Shown piece after piece: positions 39,284 to 52,800 of a stretch of DNA of 64,000 bases. Below the pieces are notes generated by a model. The model saw nothing but the letters and a program-made list of their open reading frames with translations, ran no database searches and was not told the DNA's origin. Each line of letters begins with the position of its first letter. Positions within the stretch are counted from its first letter, which is position 1. A program made the translations under genes and the position numbers. The DNA is from Daphnia carinata. Lineage: Eukaryota. The stretch lies in contig NC_081331.1 in the NCBI RefSeq assembly GCF_022539665.2, forward strand, positions 13,702,001-13,766,000, in the 5' to 3' direction.

Positions 39284-40937
39284 ATGCCGAACATCATACA
39301 AACGGTGAGATTGTATTCATTTAAGCTGGTTTTGTACGATCCACGTAACTTAACTTTTATGGTTGTTGTCTTGCCGGGTTTCACTGAGCTACAGACTTTG
39401 AATTATCCAGCGCTAACTTGCAATAATGGAGAGAACAATATCTGGATTGCTTGTTCAATCCTAGAGCAGGTCAATTCGCCAATTGGCGATACAGAAGCCT
39501 CGTCCCTCAGCAACGAGGAAAAACAAATTACCGAAAAGCTTCTGAACGAAACCAAATGCTGTGGCTACTTTATCACGCACGTCTCTAGCATAGATTTCAA
39601 GTAAGAGTCTTTCTGCCCCAAGCAACTCATGCACAAGTTGATATAATCTATGAAATGCAAAATTATTTTAAATGTTACTTTTTCTTTCCATTAGATGCTT
39701 ATATCCAGAGACGTTTAATGATCAATTGGACACTTATATCCTGAAACATGCAAAGGAAAACAACTTCCTGCAAGACATTTGCTACCAATTGGTGGATTGC
39801 GTGTCATGGCTACATGAACGGAGCATTTACCGCAATAGTAAACTTCATCCTGGAAACATTTTCATCAAGACTTTTCACAGTCAGTGGAAAGTAAAGCTTA
39901 TAGTTTCCGAAAATCCTTTTCACAATTTGGACCAAGAGTACATCAATTTGTGGTCGGAAATCAATCCGGATCAGGATTTGGCACCCACGAGGGACGGAAC
40001 TGCCATCCAGAGAGACCTAGCTTCCGTAATCATCCTATTGTTTTTTATCCAGTCAGCCGGCGCTCATCCTTTTCAAATAACTACCCCTGTTGATCCGCCA
40101 CAGCCGAAAAAGCACCAAGGCGTAAAGGAACAAATTGAAAGGCACACATTCAGTTTAGTTGCCTTGGATAGAAAATGCTTTTGTCAAAGCCAAAGCGACA
40201 ACTGCGAAAATCCGCAATGCAAATATCGTTTTTGGGTCAATATGCTGGCCAAGGATTGTACGCATAGTAAGCTAACCGAAGTCTTTCATAACAAAACAAG
40301 TTCATATACCAGAGAATCGTTACGAGAATTTATGGAGCATCCCTTTTTCTGGAAGACTTCCGGAGTTCTGAGGTTCATCGAGCAATCATCAAACTACTTG
40401 AAAGAGGCACAAGATAAAGAAAAAGAAAACAAATTTGGTTATTTTTCGCCAAGTCAGTCGAACAAACGGGGACAGCGTCAGTTGCCAAGCGGTCCATCAG
40501 CTGCCACAAGGGCAATGGAAGAGGTTATACCGTGGCGACTTGATAGTGACCTTTTGACGAAAATTAAAACGAACTATAAAAACATTTTCGAGTATTTACA
40601 TGAAAAACCTCCTAAGAAATTTTTACCGTGTATCACAATTTATTACGAACTTCTCAACCAAATACGAAACAAGGTTTGAAATGCAATTTCGGATGTTAAA
40701 TCATTTATCTTGTACATTGTCTAATCGACATTCACGTTATTTGCATGACAGAGTTCTCACTGGAATGAGACGACTGCATGTGGAACTAGAGCCAGAGAAG
40801 ATTTGGAGAGAATCACGTTTGGAGCAGATAGTAATATGGATGTTCAGCATAAGTATTGTTTGTTCTGGAACATACATTTCCCCAAACTTATTCTCTACAC
40901 ATGGAAAAACCTAAAAGATGTAGTTGCGAGTCAATAA
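39284..40937 (+). CDS. IRE1/RNase L-like pseudokinase-KEN ribonuclease protein (A1)
   Basis: Degenerate kinase (LQDICYQLVDCVSWLHERSIYRNSKLHPGNIFIK; no HRD or DFG; GAHPF), then KEN: HPFFWKTSGVLRFIEQSSNYL..LLNQIRNK|SSHWNE..FWNIHFPKLILYTW. No signal peptide or TM. Confidence 0.8.
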
Positions 40938-42079
40938 ACATGTCAAGAAATGACACAGTTTTTCTATCCTGAAACCTGTTCGCTTTTAATTGATGGAAAA
41001 GGTAGATTTATATGATTATCTTTTCAAAAAGATTTTTCAGGTGCCCAGAATCCCCCGTTGTTAAAAATTCAGAGCGCTTGTGTAAAACAAAATTCTTTAT
41101 CAGTCGCCATAGCGCAAGTTGCAACGGATGACCTCTTTAAAAACCAGTAAACGCGTGGGATAAAATAGATCGAGTTGTGATGTTCACGTTGTTATCGATC
41201 CTTTGATAGCAACGCTGATAGCGACTGTAAGCCGGGTTTCGTTCGTTTTAGAAGTCCACACCGCCATTCTGGAAGAGTGGTTTAAAAAAATTTCTCATTA
41301 CAATTGCAGTTGGCTATGCACACGCCAACCTATCTTTGTACAGGCAGTTACGTCTGCGTGGATCTTTTGAATAGTTAGCTTCAACGCTTATTGAGCGACC
41401 TTTGCATGAAATTGCCGAAACATTGACAACCTTATGCACAGGCCTTTCAGAGAGTGTTGAATTTAACTATTCCCAAAATCCCAAGTTAATTCATTCACCA
41501 AGAAATCTGAAGCTAAATTTTCATTGTAAAGTAAGTTTCTTTCTTATTTTTATTTGTCGGAGAATGTTGTTGTCGTGTCGTTGTATTAAATATTGTTTTG
41601 GACGTTAGCGCACGCATTCCATTAGAATACATTTCCCAGACGATACTTAGGGTAGGCGTTATCTTTTAGCAATAAAAAAAAGTATGGAGGCTTACCCATC
41701 CTGCCACATCTTCCAATGCCTTGTTGGGTTTTCAGTCGTATCACAAGAGGCCCGATGTCTGTGCGGATAAACTGATAGACTTACACGCCGTACCACAATC
41801 ACTTTGAGAGGATAAGGGTGGGACTAAAAACGCCGGTTTTAGGCCAACTCACGTAGTATACGCATCAACAGAATTTCAGTTTTGCATTGAAACCATGAAA
41901 ATCAATTGCAATATTCAGACTAATTTTGCTACTACGGTGACTTTACGAAGTCACGTGAAAGGGAAGAGAGATTTAACATAAACTGCTTCTCTTTATGGCC
42001 TGCGTGACACAATAATTAATAATTTAATTCTAAAAAAAAGCATTTGTTTTTTCTGCTATCTGCCTTTACGCTTTGTAGG

Positions 42080-45000
42080 ATGACCATATTAGACGTTGAG
42101 TTCAATTCGGATGAGAGAAGAACTCGAAATCGGAATGCAGTTGAAAAGATCAGACAATTGACGGAACTGTTGGCTGACGTACATTCTCAAGGAAAAGAGT
42201 ATGATCAACCAATCCCGTCATCTTTCATTCCTCACCTCACTGGGGGAGAGGTTTGCGACATCACACCAGACGTGTCTGAACTTCAATCCGAATGTTCAAA
42301 TGAATGGCGGCGTGCAGAAGAAAAAGATTTGAAGTCAGGGGACATATTTTCTTTAGGATGCTACTTTTACTACGTGATCACTGGTGGTCAACACCCGTTC
42401 GGGAAGAAAGGCCATCGCACGCTGTTAATCGCTAACAATCTGTATGACTTGACAGCATGTCGAGATGGGCCTTTAAAACAACTCATAGCTAGGATGATTT
42501 GCCGTGATAGCACAAAACGGCCCAGTTCATCGGATCTGCTGAACCACCCCTACCTTTGGAAAGAAGACCGGGCGGAAAGTTACCTGGTGTCATTAGGTGA
42601 CAATCTGGACGAGAATAGTGAAAGGTATCAGATATGGAAAGACACATTTCTATTTTCATTCGAGTTGCGTGCCACTAACTTTCACATGGTTCGAGAAAAT
42701 TTTATTACAAAAAGTATTTTGAGTATCTTGATGGATATCAAGGTACGTGACTGCTCTTATATTGTGTCTGCCAAATTGAAAATCAATAATAGTAACATTT
42801 TACTGTGACATAAAGGAAAAGAAAGAAACGGCCTTAAATGCCTGTCAACTGTTTCCGGACTTGCTATCAACTGTTTACTTTAACGAGAATCCTGACGCCA
42901 TCCTAGAAGAAATCAAAAGTTCATGCCCAGAAACTCTCGGCAATGTGCTAATAGCAAATGATTGCTTTGCTGGTGTCCTGCCAGATATCGGGATCGAGAG
43001 GCGTCACGGGCGATTCGGGGCGTATCCTGTCCACGTTATGCAATTTCCGGTGATCCGCCACACCGATGATTCTATATCATTAATGACACGTCTGAGCTGC
43101 TTGAATCATCCAAATTTGTTGCAATATTTTTACCTTCGCGAAAACTCTGACAAAAAGTATTTTCATTTCATTTCACATCACTGCCTCTCTATATGAAATT
43201 GCGATTACACAATCTTTTGGTTTTTCTAGTTTGGTGTTGGCTTGTGAGCCGTTCGATGAAGTACTCAAAACTTGGATGGAGAAAAACAGCCAACTTACCT
43301 TAAATGAAGCAAAGGAAATTTTAATTCAAATCACGTTAGGTCTCGTGTACTATCATTCTAACGAACTCATTCACGGAAACCTTACATCGAGCCAAATTGC
43401 TATAACCAACAGCAACAATGCTGTTACTGCGAAGATCTGTAAATTTCTGACTGATGGCAAGTTACATTATCTGCTGTTTTACAAGCACTTGAATCACATT
43501 GTTGGCACACTGGATTCCGATATTTCAATTCACTATTAACCGTGACCTCATTTGCGTTTGCAGAAAAAGACTGTACAGAGAATTCATCTTCCACGATGCA
43601 AAATGACATTCGAAAACTGGGCCAAATTTTTGCTGATTTATTGCGACGAACGAAAGACGTGCCACCAAGCAGCCTTCATCTTATCCAGTCGATGAAAGAT
43701 ATTAGGGATGAATGTGTTCCCCCATCGGTAGCAATCTTCTACCACCCGTTCTTCTGGTCACCCAAGGAAACCGATTACTTTCGTCGGAAACGTCATATCG
43801 GCGGCCAACCAAATCCTAATATCGATGGAAATTCGTGCACGGCAAGCGTACGTCATCATTACGAAAATGAGCCCAATTCTAAACGTGTAAGTATTTTCAC
43901 CAATTTCTGAACTACCCATTGCATAGCTATTACAATTATTTCAAAGAAAACCCAGTTATTTTTTTCTCTGGATCGGTCAACTGTCATTTGAATTGCCGTA
44001 CGACAGGAAAAATGGTGTTGCGTGTTTATGTATGCATACGTTCATGCAATTATCTTTATGCAGCCTGCTTCTGACTCCGCGACGAAAGTGCAAACATCGT
44101 CTGAGATAGACAGGTGGCTAAAAGGGCAAGAAACCCAAAAATCTGCTTTTCCAAATTTCTATTACCCATTCTACAATTTTCCTACAAGGGAAAAGGTAGG
44201 TTTCCGTTGTTTGTATTGCCTTAACTACCTCATGGGTACGAATATCATTTATCAACCTGCATCTTTGCATTCATCGCCACACTTCCTCAGTCCAGCGATT
44301 ATTATTTTTCTTTAGCTTTCGGCTGGAACGCAAGAAAATATAAACAGGCAGATTGCATTGCTAAGCAAAGAACAGTATGCAGGTAACCATTTGCAGCGTT
44401 TTATTTCTAAATTTAAAAATAAATGTAACCAATACATTATTTTGCACATATTTTTATTTTAATCATTTCAAACGTCAAATGAAGTAGAAAATCAAGGGCC
44501 TCATGGTATCCAAAACTATCTCGAAAACTATTTTAAGAAATGGGCACAAGCTACGGAAGATTCTGAAGCGCCTGAACAAGTCACGAAGCATCCCGCTCCC
44601 GGCATCCCGCTATTGATTCTTCAGCATCCCGCTAGTGATTCTTCAGGAAGAACAGCCATGCACCTTGCTTGCCATTCTGATCACTTCTACGACTCGGCCA
44701 AGAAACTGCTGGAATTGGATTGCAACCCAAACATCGCAGATAAAAATGGATTCGTACCTTTGCACGTTGCTGCTCTCAATAGCTCGTTTAAGATTGCCGA
44801 ATTACTAATCGAGAACAAAGCTACTATTGACTTGTGCAACAACAAAGAATTAACAACACCTCTTTTCTGTGCCGCACTCAGCAACTCAGTTTTGATTAGC
44901 GAGCTGCTGATGAAAATGGGCGCTGACACAAATAAAGTGGATGCCTTTGGGCAAACTGTCCTTCACATTGCTGTGGTAAAAAATTCGGTAAATGTGGCGA

Positions 45001-45629
45001 AGCTTCTTCTAGAAAACGGTTGTCAGAAAAATGTTAATGCAGTTGATGATTTCGGCAAAAGTCCTTTACATATTGCCGTGTTCCACAACTTGATACAAAT
45101 GGCGCATCTGCTGCTCGACAATGGAGCAAACCCTAACGTTACCGAACCGGGGAAAAATGCTATTTCTATCCCTGTACTGCATCTTTCCGTGAAAAATAAA
45201 TCGCCCCAAATGATGGAACTGCTGCTCAGGAAAGGTGCTAACCCAAATTTAGTGACCTATCAAGGCGACACTCCATTGCACGTAGCTGCTGTTCTCACCC
45301 CGACCTGTCAAATCTGTTTACAAATGGTGAAGTTACTTATCGACTTGAAAGCAGACGTGAATGCTGTTGATGGGGGGGGCAGAACTCCGCTTCATCTTGC
45401 AATATTGAACGCGGTCGGAAAAATGGAAGGACGCGTTGCAGCAGATCATGGTGCACGAGAAGTCGTCAAGCTCCTGATTGCTAAGGGCGCGGATATCGAA
45501 GCTGATGACGACTTTGGTTCAATTCCAATTGATTATGCGAGATGCAGTAACAAAGAGGACTTCATCAAATTCATCGAGAAAAGCAGCAACGAGGAAGACT
45601 TTTCTGGGATGATGCCACTGGGCGCGTAG
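42080..45629 (+). CDS. Pseudokinase / degenerate-KEN x2 plus C-terminal ankyrin repeat protein (B1)
   Basis: IRE1-like C-lobe GDIFSLGCYFYYVITGGQHPFG..RPSSSDLLNHPYLW; KEN remnant FPDLLSTVY; second pseudokinase LNHPNLLQYF..QITLGLVYYHSNELIHGNL..HPFFW; then multiple ANK repeats. Start codon inferred. Confidence 0.75.
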
Positions 45630-46019
45630 CTAAGTCCAGCTGAGAAGACAGTATATTCCGAGTTGAAAACAAAATTTAACAAAGACCGACACTGGCATGA
45701 AGTAAGCTACTCGATAAACATAAACGTTGCTTATGAACAACAAGAATTGTATTAGAGTTTTTAGACACTGTGCTGATCCAGCACTACACTGATCATAATT
45801 TCAATCACATGTGTCTTTGTAATGGGCTTTGTAGGCTGCAAAGACAGTCATCTGATTTTTAAAATCCCTTAATAATTTCTCTATGCAAATAAACAGGTAT
45901 AAGCTACTCAATTACTGTCCGATGAAATCGGTATTAAACACACATATCCATACGATGCTTAACTTAATAGTTCTCTGTATTAAATAATACAAAGCCAAAT
46001 ATGGGATAACTACTGTAAG

Positions 46020-46195
46020 TAGTGGGTGTGCACGACAGCAGGTCTGAAACTCTCCGTTTGTGTGCTGCAGAATATTTTTACGCTTCATCCGGACTGGGCG
46101 GGCTGTCATGCTGGCCTTGACGGCGTTAGCCTCGCTAGGAACGGCGGCTACCAAGTTAGCAATAGAAGTAACAGGAAAGGGCATTCGTTCCATGA
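46020..46195 (-). pseudogene. 3' fragment of the LRYR-precursor paralogue at the duplication junction
   Basis: PVTSIANLVAAVPSEANAVKASMTARPVRMKRKNILQHTNGEF matches PVTPIANFVAAVASEVDAVKASLTAGPVRMKRKNILRYRNGEF of 58339-58911; no 5' part. Confidence 0.8.
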
Positions 46196-47001
46196 GAATT
46201 GGTGATTTACAACCCCTTCAGCGTGGCAAACATGAATTGGATGTTCGTTGCAGCTTAGTTTTCAACTACCACATTAATCGGCGTCTTGTTTGACTTCTTG
46301 ATTCTTAAGCTGTGAACTGTATTGATTACGACGTTTGGTGCTTTTAAGATCTGGCTTGCTGCGACCTGCTATCCAATAGCTCCGAATGTGGCTCCGAAAA
46401 AGGTTACCTATTCCCCTATGCGGTAAGACCTGATTTTGGTGCCCTTACTTCTTTTTTTGTTTTGAATAGTGCTACCTTGATATAGAATATGGAAGTTGGC
46501 ACGTAAGGGAGGAACATGGAAAGACTAAAGCGAAGGAGGCTGAGCTAGATTTCACTGGCTATTTTCTTACTCTTCCCATTGTACCTCAATTGTAGGCAGG
46601 CGGTTCGTCATTGACTTTTTCTTTCCCGTTTTTTTAGACAACTGTATGATTTTCCCAACGAAATTGTTGAATGTAAAGTTATTGCGGTTCCGCATGCACG
46701 TAATCGTTGTTCAGTTAGTACCGCGCACACTTATCAGTCACTAGAGTTCTATTTCAGCGAGCAAACTTTTAGTTACATCCCGAAACGTCAGAGCAATGTT
46801 ATCAGCAGCCAACGTAATCTTAAAGATAGAATACTAACAAGGGGCAGGGAAATGGCGTCGACTTCAAGTTTCGATCGGGAGTAGCAAACATCACAGTGTC
46901 TTATAAGAAATATAGCCGTTTTACATCCTATACCTATGCACGTATAAGTACAAGATCATTTTCTTAATAATTTAGCCATCGTTGATTGGCAGAAAAAGAC
47001 A

Positions 47002-48683
47002 ATGTCGAACATCGTACAAACGGTGAGATTGTATTCATTTTAAATTGATTTTGTACGATCCATGTAACTAACCTTTATGGTTGTTGTCTTGCCGGGTTTC
47101 ACCGAACTACAGAGGTTGGATTATCCAGCACTAACTTGCAATAATGAAGAGAACACTAATTTTCAAGGCATGTCAATTGCAATCCAAAAACACGTCAAGT
47201 CAGACATAATAAAAATTAAGTCATCTCGTTCGAGCGAAGAAAAAAAACGACAGCTAATTTTCGAAATACTTCAGAACGAAAACAACTGCCAAGGTTACTT
47301 TTTCGATTACGTTCCTTCAATGAATTTCAGGTAAGAGCCTCACATCTCCGAGCAACTCAGACACAATTTGATATCGCATATGAATTACAAATATTATTTG
47401 GAATGATTTTTTTTTCTTCACTAAGGCACGTATATCTCGAAACGTGTAATGATACATTGGACACTTATATCCGGAAACATGCAATGAACAGCAACTTTCG
47501 ATGGACCATACTGCAGGAGATTTGCTGCCAATTGGTGGATTCGGTAGCCTGGCTGCATCAACGAGGGTTTTATTACAATGGCCAACTTCATCCTCGTAAC
47601 ATTTTCATCAAGACTTGTAACAGTCCGTGGAAAGTAAAACTTCAACTTTCCGAAAAGGCAAATCCCTTTCACGGTCTGGACACAGAGTACGTTAATTTGT
47701 GGTCTGGAATAAAAGAATCGGACTTATTGAACAAATCTGCGGACGAAATTGCCATCCAGAAAGATCTAGTTTCCGTAACCATGTTGATGTTTTTCATCCA
47801 ATCATCTGGCGTTCATCCTTTTCAAAGAACTAGCACTCTTGATCCGGTCGAACGGGAAAACTACCAATGCATACAGAACCAAATTAAAGAGGGCATATTT
47901 GCACTAGATGCCTTGGATAGAAAATGTTTTTGTGCCGACGAAAACGAAAACTGCGAAGAGACGCAATGCAAATATCGTTTATGGGTCAACAAGCTGGCCA
48001 AGGATCATACATATGCTATGCTAACCGAGCTCATTCGCGAAACAAAGTCATATGACAAAAAATCGTCTGAAAAGCTTATGGAACATCCCTTTTTCTGGAA
48101 GACTTCAGGAGTTCTGAGGTTCATCGAAAATTCATCAAACTACTTAAAGGAAGCAAAAAATAAAACGAAAGAAAACTTATTCGGTGTTTTTCCGCAACGG
48201 CAGACAAAAGCAAGTGGAAAAATTGGATTTAAAAAAAATTCATCAGCTTCTATCCAGCAAAGCCAAGTTCATCAACCATGGATGCTGGATCATATCATTT
48301 TGACAAAACTTGAAAACAACCATAAAGACATTTTCAACTATTTACATGAAACGCCTACAAGGACCGGCCAGACATCTATCACAAATTTTTGCGGACTTCT
48401 GACCCAAATACGGAACAAGGTTTGAAATGCAATTTCATATTCTAAGAACCTGTGCTAGACTTTGCCTAATCAACCCTCACGGTGTTTTGTGCGGCAGAGT
48501 TGTCATTGGAATGAAGCAACACCATGTGGACCTGATGCCAAAAGAAATTTGGAAAATCTAAGCTTTGCAGCAGATAATGATATGGATGCTCGTCTTAAGT
48601 TTTGTTTGTTCTGGAACATACATTTCCCCGAACTTATTGTCTACACTTGGACAAACCTTAAAGACGTAATTGTGCATCAATAG
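47002..48683 (+). CDS. IRE1/RNase L-like pseudokinase-KEN ribonuclease protein (A2)
   Basis: Same exon structure as A1; WLHQRGFYYNGQLHPRNIFIK; HPFFWKTSGVLRFIENSSNYL..LLTQIRNK|SCHWNE..FWNIHFPELIVYTW. Confidence 0.8.
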
Positions 48684-49879
48684 GCATGCCAAGAAATGAC
48701 TGGTTTTCTATCCTGAAACCCTGTTTGCCCTTAATTGGCAAAGAAATTATGTTTTATCTGACCGCCTTTTTTCAAAAAGATTTTCCAAGTGCCTAAGTTA
48801 AACCCACGTTTTTAAAAATTCAGAGCACTTGTGTAAAACGAGCTTCGTTATCAGTCGCCATAGCGCAAGTTGCAACAGATTAAAAAGGAGTCTTTGTCAA
48901 GTAAATATGTGAGACAAAATACATCGAGTTGCAACGTCCACGTTGCTATCTAGGCTATACGTCGAGCAACACGTACAACGGCTGAGCCATTCGATAAGCA
49001 CACTCATCAAAATTATGATTAGCTAACTACAGTTAGCTATACAAGCGCCAACGCGCCTTTGCGCAGGCAGTTACGTTTGTGTGGATCTCTTGAATAGTTA
49101 ACTTCAACACTTATTGAACGGCCTTTGCATGCAATTGGCAAGACATTGCTAATTTTATGCGCAGAACTTTCAGGAAGTGTTGATTTTAACTATCCCAGAA
49201 ATCGCACTTTAATTCTCCCGCAAGAAAACTGAGACGAATTTCTTATCGTGTATTAAAGTAAGTTTCATTACTATTTTCTATTGTATACTACTCTGCAATA
49301 AGTGTTTCTAAACTATAGTTATTAAATATCGGTTAATACGGTGTGACCGGAATATTACATCTGTTAGAATCTGAAGCATAGGTGCAAATCCCAGAAGAAA
49401 TAACGTTTTTGGGTTTTAAAAAATTTAACTAATGATTTTTTACGCACCGTTTTCTCCCACCAGAAAAAAAAATAGTGATATGTAGGATGGGCCTTATCTT
49501 TTAGCATTAAAAGCTATGGGCGCTTACCCGTCCTCTTGCTGCCTCCTACTGCCTCACTTTCAGTTGTCCTATCACAAGACGCCATATGTCTGTGCAGATA
49601 AATTAATAGGCTTACACGTCGTATCGCAATCACCTTGACAGAATTGGGGTGGGGGGGCTAAACTGCGAGTTTACGCCAAGTCACGCAGTAGACGTACCAA
49701 TATGAATTTCCCAATTTCACAGGGAAATCAGAACAAACAACTACAATAATCTAACCAATCGTGCAACACAAGGGTGACTTTCCAAAGTCACGTGAAAGGA
49801 GAAAGAGATTTACGATGAGCTGCTTTTTTAAAAATGTGAATGCCATATAATACTCTAAACCAAATCATTGCTTTATAGG

Positions 49880-52800
49880 ATGGCCATAGGGGAACTTGAT
49901 TTTTATTCGGATCAGAATAGAAAAATTCGGGTTCTTGAAAAGAAAGTACAAGAACTTCTGATCCAATCCACTGAAAATTTGGTACGCATCCATTCCCAAG
50001 GAAATGTGCATGGAAAACCAATCATCCCAATTTCTTTTAACCCTTATTCATCCGGGGAAAATGTACGTAACATCAAACTAAACGAGCCTGAACCAAACGA
50101 ATTTTCAAATGAATGGCGGCCAGCTGAAGAAAAAGATTCGGAGCCATCTCAAGCTGGGGACATATTTTCGTTGGGATGCAGCTTCTACTCAGTCATCACT
50201 GGTGGCCAGCATCCGTTCGGGAAGCCAGGCCATCGTGCCCTGTTTATCGCTAAAAATCTATACGATTTGTCTGAATGTCGAGATGAGCAACTTAAAAAAC
50301 TCATAGCCAGGATGATTTGTCATGATAGAACAAAACGACCCAGTTTATCCGATCTGTTGAACCATCCGTACCTTTGGAAAGAAGAACGGGTGGAAAATTA
50401 CTTAATGGCATCAGCTGAAAATCTGGACGAGAACAACGAAAAGTATAAAATATGGAAAGACACAGTTCTATTGTCGTCAAGCGCACCATCCTTTGATTCT
50501 GACACAGTCCAAAAAACTACGATTGTAAAAAGTGTTGTAGAAATTCTGATGGAATTAAAGGTGAATGGCTGCTGTAATATTTCCGTAGTGCAATGAAAAC
50601 TTAAGAGTTTGATTCCTTTCGGCATAGGAAAAGAAAGAGACGGCCCTAAATGTCTATCGGCTGTTTCCCGATTTGCTGTTCTCTGTATACTTTGCCGAAA
50701 ATCCCGGTGTCATCCATGACGAAATCGAAAATTCAGGACCAGAAACATTCGGTAATGTGCTGATAGCAAATGATTGCATCAAAGAAGTCCAGCCGACTAT
50801 CGGGGTCAAGAGACGTTATGGCCGATTCGGATCGCAACCCGTCCATGTGATGCAATTTTCGGTTTTTACCGCTGAATCGATATCCTTAATGAAACGCCTA
50901 AGCTGCTTGAAACATCAAAATTTACTGCGATATTTTTACCTTGCCGAAAACCCTGTCAAAAAGTACATTCAAATCGTTTTATATCATTGCCTAACTAAAC
51001 AATTTAACTATAAAATCTTTTTGTTTTTCAGTTTGGTGTTGGCTTGTGAGCCGTTCGATGAGACACTCGACACTTGGATAGCGAAGAACAGTCAGCTGAT
51101 AAACTTGGAAACGGCAAAGGAAATTTTAACTCAAATAACGTCAGGTCTCGTGTACTACCATTCTAACAATCTCATTCACGGGAACCTCACATCCAGCCAA
51201 ATCGCTATAACCAACAGCGGAACTCTTACTGCAAAAATCTGTAAATTTCTGATTGATGGTAAGTTACATTATCTGCTGTTTTACAAGCACTTGAATCACG
51301 TCAAAAAATGTATTTCAAAATTTCAATTCATTATTAACCATCCCCTCGTTTGCCCTTGCAGAAAAAGACTGTACAAAGAATCCATCGCCCACAATGCAAA
51401 ACGACATTCGAAAACTGGGCCAAATTTATGCTGATGTATTAGAACAAACACTGGACGCGCCACCATGCAGCCGTCATCTTATCCAGTCGATGCAAGATAT
51501 TAGGGATGAATGTATTCCCCCATCGGGAGCAATCTTCTGCCACCCGTTCTTTTGGTCATCCGAGATCACCGCAGATTTTCTTCTGGTAGCTGGTGACTTT
51601 TACAAAGAAAATCCGAATATCGATAGAGATTCGCGGCTTATTACTGTGCCGTCACCGGCACCCGAACGTCAACATCTCAAAACAAACAGATCGGCCATTG
51701 AATCCTTTTTGCAACATGTAAGTATTTTCACCAATATTTAGACCGCACATTGCATAGCTATTAGAATTATCTTAAAGAAAACACAGTTACTTTTTTCTGT
51801 GGATGGCTCAACTGCCATTTGAAGGGTCGTATGTGCACGACAGGCAATGGTGCTGCATATTTTATGTATACATACAGTTTGTACGTTCATGCAATTATCT
51901 TTGCGCAGGCCACCCATGACTCCTCGGCAGAAGAGCTAATATCGCTTGCCATGGATTTGTTAAACGATTGTCCCGAGCTAATCACCCAGACGTGGCTTAG
52001 GTTGCAAAAATTCAAATCCGCTGATGAATCTGAACTTGCAGATTTCTATCACCCAATCTACGATTTTCCTACAGATGAAAAGGTAGGTTTCCGTTGTTTG
52101 TGTTGTCTTAACTAACACAGGTAAGAATATCGTTTACAAACCTGAATCTTTTGTATTCATCGGCATACTTACTCAGCCCAACGTTTATTATTTTCTCTTT
52201 AGCTTGTGGATGGAACGCAAGAGAATATGAACAGGCAGATTGCATTGCTAGGCAACGAACAGTATGAAGGTGACCATTTGTAGCCTTTTATTTCTAAATT
52301 TAAAAATAAATCTAACCAATAAATTGCTTCGTACAGAATTTTTCATTGAAGGATTTCAAACGTCAAATACCCTGGAGAACCAAGTGCCTCATGTTACTCA
52401 AAACTATCTCCACAACTATCTTCAGAAATATGCACTAGCTATGGAAGATTATGGAACGACTGGAAAAGTCATAAAGCATCCCGCTATTGATCCTTTCGGA
52501 AGAACAGCCATGCACCTTGCTTGCCACTCGGACGACTTCTACACTTCGGCCAGTAAATTGCTGGAATTTGATTTCGATCCAAACATCGAAGATAAAAATG
52601 GATTCGTACCTTTGCATGTTGCTGCTCTCAATAACTCGTTTAAGATTGCCAAGTTACTAATCGAGAACGAAGCTATTATTGACTTATGCAACAACAAAGA
52701 ATTAAGAACGCCTCTTTTCTTTGCCGCACTCAGCAACTCAGTTTTGATTAGCGAGTTGCTGATGAAAATGCGCGCTGACGCAAATAAAGTGGATGCCTTT

